This document shows positions 39,219 to 54,331 of a stretch of 64,000 nucleotides of DNA, piece by piece; the stretch's first letter is position 1, and the number at the start of each line of letters is the position of its first letter. The notes under the pieces were generated by a model. That model saw only the letters and a list, made by a program, of their open reading frames with translations, made no database searches and had not been told where the DNA came from. Origin of the DNA: Anaeramoeba ignava BMAN (Eukaryota > Protista > Anaeramoebae). The stretch spans positions 1 through 64,000 of the forward strand of contig JAPDFW010000147.1 in assembly GCA_028826165.1 (NCBI GenBank), read 5' to 3'. The translations under genes and the position numbers were made by a program.

Positions 39219-41526
39219 TTAATTTGAAATTGATTTGTAATCTGAATTTGAATCTGAAATTGATTTGTAATCTGAAATTGATTTGTAATCTGAAATTGAT
39301 TTGTAATCTGAAATTGATTTGTAATCTGAATTTGATTTTGATTTAGAATTTGATTTTGATTTTGATTTAGAATTTGATTTTGATTTAGAATTTGATTTTG
39401 ATTTAGATTTAGATTTTGATTTTGATTTTGATTTAGATTTTGATTTTGATTTTGATTTTGATTTTGATTTTGATTTTGATTTTGATTTTGATTTTGATTT
39501 TGGTTTTGGTTTTGGTTTTGATTTGGATTTGGATTTAGATTTTGATTTGGATTTGGATTTGGATTTTGATTTTGATTTTGATTTTGATTTTGATTTGGAT
39601 TTTGATTTTGATTTTGATTTTGAATTTTGATTTTGGTTTGGATTTTGGATTTTGGATTTTGAATTGGATTTTGGTTTTGGTTTTGGTTTTGCTTTGGATT
39701 TAGATTGTGATTTTGCTTTGGATTTGGGTTGTGGTTTTAAATTTGATTTTGGTTTGGGATTTTGATTATTAAACTCCTGAATTAATAAATCCAATAAATT
39801 TGGATTTGTTTTATTTAATTGAAAATAATCAATTCCTCTTTTAATTTCATCAATAATTCCTTTTGTAATTTTAATTTCATCTTTAATTTGATTTGAATAA
39901 ATCCAATATTCTAATATTCCAAACGATTGATGAGTCAAGTAACTATAATCTGTAACTTTATTAGAATTATCTTCTGTTCCATATAAAAGCATGTCTCGAT
40001 ATAATTTACTTCTCATTATTAATATTAATTTAGGGAATTTATATTTCTTTTCTTTTCTTTTAATGATAAAATCTTTTTCATTTTCATTTTCATTTTCATT
40101 TTCATTTAAATAAATTCTTTTCATTGTTTCTTCAATTTTTTCATTGGAATTTATAATTTCTTTAATTTCAGAATATAATTTTGGATTTATAATTCTATTT
40201 GAATAAATCATTTCAAATATTTGATTTGATTCTTTAATTGATTTTTTTGAAATGAATTCTTGAAGTTTTTCAATTTGATTTTGATCTTTTAATCTATAAT
40301 TCAATATTAATTTATGAGCTTCAATTATTTCTCCATTTTCTGGTTTTAAATGAAATATTACAAAATTCTTTTCTTCTAAATAGATTAATCAAATCTTCTT
40401 CAAGATTGGAAAAAGAAGAAAAAGAAGGAGAATAATAAAGAAAAGAATTCTGTGAGCCACAAGAAAGATGATAATTGAAAATATCCTCTTTAAATCTTAA
40501 TTCAGGAGGTTCAAATTGAATTATTTTTGGGCATAATTTTGTATCTTCGATTCCTAATTGGCCATACCTATTTTCTCCAACTACAGAAAGTTTGTAATTA
40601 GAAGTTAAAATCAAAGTGTGCTCGTATCCAAGAGAAAAATCAATAGGATATTCCCTTTCAAATAAAGATGGCCTAAGTCTAACAAATTCATTTATGCTGC
40701 TCCCATGTCCATTGTATTTATAATGGCCGGATGTATAAAGTCTTCTTTTTGGATTTTGATCTGGATCTTTAATTTCGATCAGCATTATTGAATGGGAGTC
40801 TGAAGTTTGAATATCAATTATTCTGCCTTTTGGAAGAGTTGTAATTTGTAAAAGTTGTGTTATGTATATTTTTTGATTTAATCCTAATCCAAGTTGACCA
40901 TGCTTATTATAACCGCATGCAAATAAATCTTGATTTGAATTCAAAAGAAAAACAGATCTTGCATAACTTCCTGAAAATATTTTAGAAACATTTTTCATCA
41001 ATAAAATTGGTTTTTCTGTTTTAAGAAGTGTTTCGGAATCAAAACCAAGTTGATTGATCTCATTTGAACCAATTCCATAAGCATTTTGATTTGAAGTTAA
41101 TAAGTAAAGTGAACTAAATCCAGAAACAATATCTTCAATTACTCTATCATTTGGATCTTCAATTAATGATGAAATATTGATAAATCTATTTGGATTTTTT
41201 GAATTAATATCTTTTCCTTTTGCAAATACATTTCCTTCTGATGTTAAAATAGCTTCATTTCCAGAACCAACAGTTACTTTTTGAATATTTTCAATTTGTA
41301 TTTTTTCAGGATTTTGATTGGAATCACTTAAATATTCTATTGCTTTTCCATTTTCAAAGAGGAAAACTGTTGAAAAATAACCTGTTGCAATTTGTTTAAT
41401 TTGTTTTTTATTTTCATTTTCGTTTTCATTTTCAAATTTAAATTGAATTGGTTTTGTTATTTTATCTTTTTCATTTTTAAAAAGTTTTGGGTATTTATTT
41501 GAGCCAAAAAATAAAATTTCATTCAT
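39219..41526 (-). CDS. RCC1-repeat + tandem BTB-like protein, copy 1 (SK-repeat tail)
   Basis: GxNxxGQLG and GxxHTLIL RCC1 motifs; HKLIL and [13 protein letters not shown]-like motifs; one indel at ~40345. Confidence 0.88.
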
Positions 41527-41765
41527 TTTTTGAAAAGAAAAAAATGAAAAAAAAAATTTTTGAATTGAAAAAAAAAAATTTTTTTTCGTTTTAATTTGAA
41601 TTCAATTAAAATTTTTGATTTTAAATTTAATAATCAATTCCAATTTTGATTTAAATTTGATTTTAATTTTAATTTTAAATTTAATTTTGATTTTGATTTT
41701 GATTTTAATTTTGATTTTAAATTTAATTTTGATTTTTATTTTGATTTTAATTTTGATTTTAATTT

Positions 41766-43647
41766 TTAAAAAATGGAACATTTCTTTTCTTTCTTTTCTT
41801 TCTTTTCTTTCTCATTTAATGATGAATTTGTATTTATTCTGTTCTTTTCCTCTATTTGTTTTCTTTCTAATTCTTTTTTTTCTTGATTATTAAATTTATT
41901 AATTAATAAATCAAATAAATTTGGATTTGTTTGATTTAATTGAAAATAATCAATTCCAATTTGAATTTCATCAATTATTTCTTGTGTAATTTGAATTTCA
42001 TCTGCAATTTGATTTGAATAAATCCAATATTCTAATATTTGAAATGATTTATTACTTAATTCACTATAATCTGTAACTTTATTAGAATTATCTTCTGTTC
42101 CATATAAAAACATTCCTCGATATAATTCACTTCTCATTATTAATATTAATTTTGGGAATTTATATTGTTTTTCTTTTCTTTCAATAATAAAATCTTTTTC
42201 ATTTTCATTTTCATTTAAATAAATTCTTTTCATTGTTTCTTCAATTTTTTCATTTGAATTTATAAATTCTTTAATTTCAAAATATAATTTTGGATTTATT
42301 TTGGAATTATTTGAATAAATCATTTCAAATATTTGATTTGATTCTTTAATTGATTTATTTGAAATGAATTCTTTAAGTTTTTCATTTTGAATTTCATTTT
42401 GATTTTGATTTTGATTTAATCTATATTTCAATATTAATTTATGAGCTGATATTATTTCTCCATTTTTGGTTTTAAATGAAATATCACAAAATTCTTTTCT
42501 TTTGAAATAGTTTTATCAAATCTTCTTCAAGATTGGAAAAAGAAGAAGGATAATAATAAAGAAATGAGTTATCATCTCCACAAGAAATATGATAATTAAA
42601 AATTTCTTCATTAAATCTTAATCCAGGAAGTTCAATTTGAAAGGGATGTATGCGATAAAATGGATTTTCATTGCCTAATTGACCAAATTCATTTCTTCCA
42701 AATCCAATTAATTTTGAATTAGAAGTTAAAATCAAAGTATGATAATTTCCAACAGAAAAATCAAGAATATTATCATTTTCAAATAAAGATGATTTGATTT
42801 CAGTAAATTCATTTATATCTTTTTGATTTTTGCCAAGTCCATTATCTTGATAATATCCACATGAATAAAGTTTTTTGTGCAATTTTTGATTTGGGTCTTT
42901 TTCTTGAATCAAAATAACTGAACTAAAAGCACCACATTGAATATCAATTATTTTACCTTTTGGAATATTTTGGATTGGAGTTAGTTTTTCAATTCTTGTT
43001 TCTTTTGTATATTCTCCTAATCCAAGTTGACCATTTGCATTATATCCACATCCAAATAATTCTTGATTTGAATTTAAAAGAAAAACATGATTTGAGCAAT
43101 TTCCTGAAAATATTTTAGAAACATTTTTCATCATTAAAATTGGTTTTGTTTTTGTAAATGAATTAGAAGAAAGTTGGCCATAAGAATTTGAACCAAATCC
43201 ATAAGCATTTTGATTTGAAGTTAATAAATAAATTGAAAAAGCAGAACAAATAATATCTTTAATTATTCTATCATTTTTATCTTCAATTAATGATGAAATT
43301 ACAATGAATGTATTTGGAGATCGTGAATTGATAGCTTTTCCTTTTGCAAATACATCTCCTTTTTTTGTTAAAATAGCTTCAGTTTGCCAACCAACAGATA
43401 CTTTTTGAATATTTTCAATCCCCATTTCAAGAGGATTTGGAAAGGAATTTTTTTCTTCTTTTAAATATTCTATTGCTTTTCCATTTTTAAAAAGGAAAAT
43501 TATTGAAAAATCACTTGTTAAAATTTGTTTAATTTGTTTTTCATTTTCATTTTCAAATTTAAATTGAATTGGTTTTTTTATTTTATCTTTTTCATTTTTA
43601 AAAAGTTTTGGATATTTATTTGAACCAAAAAATAAAATTTCATTCAT
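41766..43647 (-). CDS. RCC1-repeat + BTB-like protein, copy 2 (ends KKEKKEKKCSIF, CaaX)
   Basis: Paralog of copy 1; indel at ~42500. Confidence 0.88.
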
Positions 43648-43757
43648 TTTTGGAAAAGAAAAAAAATGAAAAATGAAAAAAATGAAAAATGAAAAAGCGG
43701 AATATTTGGAATATATTAAGGAATTTCGTTTTTTTTTTGGGAACTTTTATAATTAAA

Positions 43758-45648
43758 TTATTTTTGATTTGAATCTTTTCTTGGATCAATAATAACAGTA
43801 TTTGATTCTTCTTTTCTTGGATCAATAATAACAGTATTTGATTCTTCTTTTCTTGGATCAATAATAACAGTTCCGTTTTGTTCATTTGGGATTTTCACGA
43901 TTGTATTTGGATTCTTCTTTTTTTGTATCTAATTTTGGTATTATTTCTTTGTCCAATTCGGTTTTATTTGGTAATAATCCCATTTTTCGTTGTGCCTCTA
44001 GCTTTCGTTTTTTTATTGCATCTTTTACTTCTCTTACTAAATTAGGTATAGTTTTTGGATCAATTTTCTTTTGTATAAATGGATGATTCTTTAAATCATC
44101 AATTGATGCTCTTTTTTCTGGATCTTTCACTAAACATTTTTTGAGGAAGTCTCGAAATTCTTCTGAATATTTTTGTGGAGATTGAACTGTTGGTGGATCT
44201 GCAGATGGAATAATATTTAAAACCTAAATCAAATATTAAAATAAATATTAAAATAAATATTAATATAAATATTAAAATATTAAATCAAATATTAAAATAT
44301 TAAAATAAATATTAAAATAAATATTAAAATAAATATTAAAATATTAAAATATTAAAATATTAAAATATTAAAATAAATATTAAAAATATTAAAATAAATA
44401 TTAAAATAAATATTAAAATAAATATTAAAATATTAAAATAAATATTAAAATAAATATTAAAATAAATATTAAAATAAATATTAAAATAAATATTAAAATA
44501 AATATTAAAATATTAAAATATTAAAATATTAAAATATTAAAATATTAAAATATTAAAATATTAAAATAAATATTAAAATATAATTTACAGTCATGCTTGG
44601 CTTATCAAAATAAGGAGGTTTTCTTTCAACAAATTCAATAGCAGTAATACCAAGAGACCAAACATCAACTTTTGCATCATAAGGTTCATTTTGAATTAAT
44701 TCTGGAGCCATCCAAAAAGCACTTCCAACAAAAGAAGTGGTTTGATTAAACTCATCCAGTTTTTTAGAAACACCAAAATCACCAAGTTTAATTTCACCAG
44801 AATCAGTAACAAAAATATTACCAGCTTTAATATCGCGATGAAGAATTTTTTGAGAATGAAGATAAGAAAGACCATCAATTGTTGATTTCAAAACAGCTTG
44901 TGTTTGTTCTTCAGTTAAAGGTTTTCTTATTTTTTTCATGATATCATGAATACTTCCTTGTGAACAATATTCCATTATAATCCATATTGATTCATCTTTT
45001 TTTACTGTTCCATAATAAGATACAATTGTTGGATTTCTACAATCACGAAGAAGATTGATTTCGTTTCTTAATTTATCAACCATATCAGATTGAATTGTCA
45101 TTTCTTTAATTGCAACTTGTATTTTGGTTACTTTATGTTCTGCATGATATACTCTTCCAAATGCTCCTTGTCCAATAAATCTTTTGATTCGAAAATTATC
45201 AGGTGTTTCATTTGTATCAACAAGTAAATCAATTGCTTTTGGAAATTATAAATTAAAATAATTAATAAATTAAAATAATTAATAAATTAAAATAATTGCA
45301 AAATGGAATGAAATTGAATTTAAATAAACTCATTTTAAAAAAAATACCTTTTTTGGGATTTTTTCTTTTTATTTTTCCAACTTTTTTTGTTTTTTCTGTT
45401 TTTGCTTCATTTTCATTTTTCCGATTTGTTTTTGGTTTTAATTTTGGTTTTAAATTTGTTTTTAATTTTGGTTTTAAATTTGGTTTTTAATTTGGTTTTG
45501 GTTTTGTATTTGGTTTTGTATTTGGTTTTGTATTTGGTTTTGAATTTGGTTTTGTATTTGGTTTTGCATTTGGTTTTGCATTTGGTTTTGCATTTAATTT
45601 TGGTTTTGTATTTAATTTTGGTTTTGAAACTTTCTTTTGTTCATCCAT
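43758..45648 (-). CDS. STE20/GCK (MST-like) Ser/Thr kinase; exons 45648-45348, 45235-44589, 44223-43758
   Basis: IGQGAFGRV, IWIIMEYCSQGS, LHRDIKAGNI, KLGDFGVS, FVGSAFWMAPE, DVWSLGITAIE; KPN-repeat N-terminus; indel at ~43890 (otherwise the stop is at 43882). Confidence 0.9.
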
Positions 45649-46004
45649 TTATTATTCCAAATATTATTTTTATCTCAAAATAGAAAAAAAATGAAAAAAA
45701 AAAAATTAAAAATAAATTTTTTTTGCTTTTTTTAATTTTTGAGAATTTTAATTTTAGAATTAATTTAGAATTAATTTAGAATTAATTTATAATTGATATA
45801 AAATTGATATAAAATTGATTTATAATTAATTTATAATTGATTTAAAATTGATTTAAAATTGATTTAAAATTGATTTAAAATTGATTTAAAATTGATTTAA
45901 AATTGATTTAAAATTGATTTAGAATTGATTTAGAATTGATTTATAATTGATTTAAAATTGATATAAAATTGATTTAAAATTGATTTATAATTTTCAATTT
46001 TAAT

Positions 46005-47787
46005 TCAAAAAATTAAACAATTTTTTTCTTTGTTTGGGTTTTGATTATTAAATTTGTTAATTAATAAATCAATTAAATTTGGATTTGTTTGATTTAATTG
46101 AAAATAATCAATTCCTGTTTCAATTTCTTCAATGATTTCTTTTGTAATTTTAATTTCATTTTTAATTTGATTTGAATAAATCCAATATTCAAATATTTGA
46201 AATGATTTATTACTTAATTCACTATAATCTGTAACTTTATTAGAAGTATCTTCTGCTACAGATAAAAACATTCCTCGATATAATTCACTTCTCATTATTA
46301 ATATTAATTTAGGAAATTTATATTGTTTTTCTTTTCTTTCAATAATAAAATCTTTTTCATTTTCATTTAAATAAATTCTTTTCATTGTTTCTTCAATTTT
46401 TTCATTTGAATTTATAATTTCTTTAATTTCAGAATATAATTTTGGATTTATTATTCTGTTTGAATAAATCATTTCAAATATTTGATTTGATTCTTTAATT
46501 GATTTTTTTGATATAATTTCTTGAAGTTTTTCAATTTCATTTTCATCTTGATTTAATCTATATTTCAATATTAATTTATGAGCTTCAATTATTTCTCCAT
46601 TTTCAGTTTTAAATGAAATATTACAAAATTCTTTTCTTCTAAATAATTTTATCAAATCTTCTTCAAGATTGGAAAAAGAAGGAGAATAATAAAGAAATGA
46701 TTTGAAATATCCACAAGAAATATGATAATTGGAAATATTTTCATTAAATCTTAATTTAGGAAGTTCAATTTGAATTGGAATTAATTGATCATTTGTATCT
46801 CCAGTTCCTAATTGAGCAAATGAATTATCTCCAAATCCAATTAATTTTGAATTAGAATTTAAAATCAAAGTATGATAAATACCAACAGAAAAATCAAGAA
46901 TATTATCATTTTCAAATAAAGATGATTTGATTTCAGTAAATTCTTCAACATCTTCATTTCTGTCAAGTCCATTATATTGGTACTTTCCACATGAATAAAG
47001 TTTTCTTTTTGATTTTCATTTTCATTTTCATTTTCAATCAACATTATTGAATGAGAATATCCAGATTGAATATCAATTATTTTACCTTTTGGAATATTTT
47101 GGATTTTGGTTAAGTTTTTGGATTTTTGTTTCTTCTTTTCTTAATTCTCCTAATCCAAGTTGACCATAAGAATTATTCCCGCATCCAAATAATTCTTGAT
47201 TTGAATTTAAAAGAAAAACATAATCTGAAGTATTTCCTGAAAATATTTTAGAAACATTTTCCATCATTAAAATTGGTTTTTCTGTTTTTAAGCGTTTCAG
47301 AATCAAAACCAAGTTGACCATTATAATTAGAACCAATTCCATAAGCATTTTGATTTGAAGTTAATAAGTAAATTGAACGAGCACCAGAAACAATATCTTG
47401 AATTATTATATCATTTTTATCTTCAATTAATGATGAAATATTGATAAATTCAGTTAGATTTTTTGGATTAATATCTTTTCCTTTGGCAAATACATTTCCT
47501 TCTATTGTTAAAATAGCTTCATTTCCAGAGCCAACAGTTACTTTTTGAATATTTTTTTCAATTTGGATTTCTTCAGGATTTTGTTTTGAATCATTTTCAT
47601 TTAAATATTCTATTGCTTTTCCATTTTCAAAAAGGAAAATTGTTGAATAATTTCCTGATGAAATTTGTTTAATTTGTTTTTCATTTTTATTTTCAAATTT
47701 AAATTGAATTGGTTTTGTTATATTTTTTGATTTATTTTCAATAAGTTTTGGATATTGATTTTCACCAAAAAATAAAATTTCATTCAT
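46005..47787 (-). CDS. RCC1-repeat + BTB-like protein, copy 3 (ends KEKNCLIF, CaaX)
   Basis: Paralog of copies 1 and 2; about three indels at ~47285, 47110 and 47020 (assembly errors or pseudogenisation). Confidence 0.8.
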
Positions 47788-48163
47788 TTTTGAAAAGTAA
47801 AAAAAATGAAAAAATAAAAAATGAATTTTTTAATTTGATTTTAATTTTAATTTTAATTTTAATTTTAATTTTGATTTTAATTTTAATTTTAATTTTAATT
47901 TTAATTTAATTTTAATTTTAATTTTAATTTTAATTTTGATTTTAATTTTGATTTTAATTTTAATTTTAATTTTGATTTTAATTTTAATTTTAATTTTAAT
48001 TTTGATTTTGATTTTAATTTTGATTTTAATTTTAATTTTAATTTTTATTTTAATTTTAATTTTAATTTTAATTTTAATTTTAATTTTAATTTTAATTTTA
48101 ATTTTAATTTTGATTTTAATTTTAATTTTGATTTTAATTTTAATTTTAATTTTAATTTTAATT

Positions 48164-48645
48164 TTAATTTTGATTATTAAATTTTTTAATTAATAAATCC
48201 AATAAATTTGGATTTGTTTGATTTAATTGAAAATAATCAATTCCAATTTTAATTTCTTTAATAATTTCTTTTGTAATTTGAATTTCATCTTTGATTTGAT
48301 TTGAATAAATCCAATATTCAAATATTTGGAATGATTTATTACTTAATTCACTATAATCTGTAACTTTATTAGAAGTATCTTCTGTTACAGATAAAAACAT
48401 TCCTCGATATAATTCACTTCTCATTATTAATATTAATTTAGGAAATTTATATTGTTTTTCTTTTCTTTCAATAATAAAATCTTTTTCATTTTCATTTTCA
48501 TTTTCATTGTTTCTTCAATTTTTTCATTTAAATTTATAATTTCTTTAATTTCAGAATATAATTTTGGATTTATAATTCTGTTTGAATAAATCATTTCAAA
48601 TATTTGATTTGATTCTTTAATTGATTTTTTTGAAATAATTTCAAG
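48164..48645 (-). pseudogene. 5'-truncated RCC1-BTB copy (BTB end only)
   Basis: Near-identical to the 3' part of copy 3 from [11 protein letters not shown] onward; starts abruptly in the PAK 3' flank; contains a frameshift. Confidence 0.85.
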
Positions 48646-48781
48646 GAATTGAAAGGAAAAAAAAATTTTTTTTGTTGTAAAAAAAATGATTGGTTCATTT
48701 TGAAAAATTTGGAAAAAAAAATGATCAAAAAGAAAAACGGAAAAAAAAATTTTTTTTTTTTGGAATTTGGTTTTCTCATTT

Positions 48782-52591
<3,810 letters not shown>

Positions 52592-52781
52592 TTAAAAGAA
52601 ATAATAATAATTAATTGATTAATTAATTTGAACAGAAAAGAAAAACAAAAACAAAAACAAAAACAAACAGAAGTTGTAAGAAAAAAAAAAAGGAAAAAAT
52701 GAAAAAAAAAAAATGAAAATAAAAAGGAGAAAAATAATTATCATTTTTTTTCTTTCTCTTTTTTTTTCTTATTAAATAAGA

Positions 52782-54179
52782 ATGGATCAAGTTTTCCAAT
52801 CCATTTTAAGTCATGAAACTAAATTAAAGAAAAGTAAAGGAATTAATATAAAAATGTCAGTTTCAAAAGCGTTAGAATTGATTAGCAAAAAATTAAAAAC
52901 ACCTCAAATTCAAAATTCATTTGGATTAATTAATATCGAAAACAAAGAGGAAATCAAAATAATCGAATTAATGGATCAAATCAAACAACAGATCCTAAAT
53001 TCAGGACTTGAAGATCTAACAGTGAAATTAACACTTATGGAGGCAAAACAAACACCAGTTACAAATGAGAAAAATAAGGTGATTAAAAACACAACAGATC
53101 CAGAAAATACATGGATTGTGCCAAAGGGAAATGCAGAAAAAGTGATGGTGAGTGAAGATGAAATTGAGGGGGCAAAAGTGAGAACTTTTATTCCTAAAAA
53201 ATGGAACGGCAATGTTATTTTATTTGCCCACGGTTTCCGGCCAGAAACAGAAACACTTGGTTTGGTTTTGACTTTGGATTCTAATGAGCCCTTCATCAAA
53301 AAGATCCTCAAGCAAGGATGGATTGTTGCGGAAACAAGCTACAGAAGAAACGGAAGAATCATCAGGGAAGCAATTCAAGATCTCAATAATTTAAGAAAAT
53401 ATATTATGGATCATTTTGGCGACATTTCGCTCTGTGTTATCGAAGGCAGATCCATGGGAGGATGCATCGCAACCCATATCGCAGAAATGTATCCTGATCT
53501 CTATCAAGGTTGTGTTGCCATCGGCGCGGCTCTTTTGGCCAAAGATGATTCCAATCCTTTGGAGTTTGAATACAACCCAAAAATTCCACTTATTTTTTTA
53601 ACTAATCAATCCGAATTAGGGACAATCCAAAAATACATTTCTAAATGCAAGGAACAGAACAAAGACCAAGACATCATTCTTCCTGCACTTTGGGAAGTGT
53701 GGAGAGAGGGTCACAATCTTGTCAGTCAAAAAGAGCGTTTTCTTGCGATGAATTCGCTTTTGGAATGGATAACTTTCCAAACAAATATTACAGTTCGATC
53801 CAAAAATATTCTTATTGATTACAAACGCAAATCAAAATCAGAAGAGCCTCTTGTTAGTTTTGATTCTAACGGGTTGTTTGTTCCTGTTATCCAAATTGAC
53901 CCTGTTAGATCTTCTTTTTTTCTTGGTTTGTGTTCTGAAGATTTGGCGAAAATTCAGATCAAAATCAACGATTATTTTTGGATCAAATTTAATGATAAAA
54001 AAGTTAAGGTTTTTTATGGAACTTATCCTTTTTTTGTTTCAAAAGGTTCTTGGATTGCTTATGATCATCCTGATGGTTGTATTTGTGTTTCTATTCTTGA
54101 TTATTATGGAGTTCATTTTGCAGCAAAACAACTTGGATTAGAAGTTCATAGTCAAATTTTTATTTCAAAACAAGATTAA
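52782..54179 (+). CDS. Intronless alpha/beta hydrolase with C-terminal beta-barrel resembling the SAM hydroxide adenosyltransferase C domain
   Basis: PKKWNGNVILFAHG, ETSYRRNG, nucleophile elbow GRSMGG, EGH; C-terminal VSKGSWIAY..PDG..AAKQLGL. Confidence 0.75.
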   Translation: MDQVFQSILSHETKLKKSKGINIKMSVSKALELISKKLKTPQIQNSFGLINIENKEEIKIIELMDQIKQQILNSGLEDLTVKLTLMEAKQTPVTNEKNKVIKNTTDPENTWIVPKGNAEKVMVSEDEIEGAKVRTFIPKKWNGNVILFAHGFRPETETLGLVLTLDSNEPFIKKILKQGWIVAETSYRRNGRIIREAIQDLNNLRKYIMDHFGDISLCVIEGRSMGGCIATHIAEMYPDLYQGCVAIGAALLAKDDSNPLEFEYNPKIPLIFLTNQSELGTIQKYISKCKEQNKDQDIILPALWEVWREGHNLVSQKERFLAMNSLLEWITFQTNITVRSKNILIDYKRKSKSEEPLVSFDSNGLFVPVIQIDPVRSSFFLGLCSEDLAKIQIKINDYFWIKFNDKKVKVFYGTYPFFVSKGSWIAYDHPDGCICVSILDYYGVHFAAKQLGLEVHSQIFISKQD

Positions 54180-54331
54180 AAAGATTAAAAAGATTTAAAA
54201 TTTTTTTTTATTATTATTTTTTTTTTTGGATTTGAAGAAGTAAAAAAAGATGGAAGAAATGAAAGAAGAAGAAGAAAAAAAAATTTTTTTTTATTGGGAA
54301 TTTTTTTTTTTGGAAGATTTAAATTGAGAAA

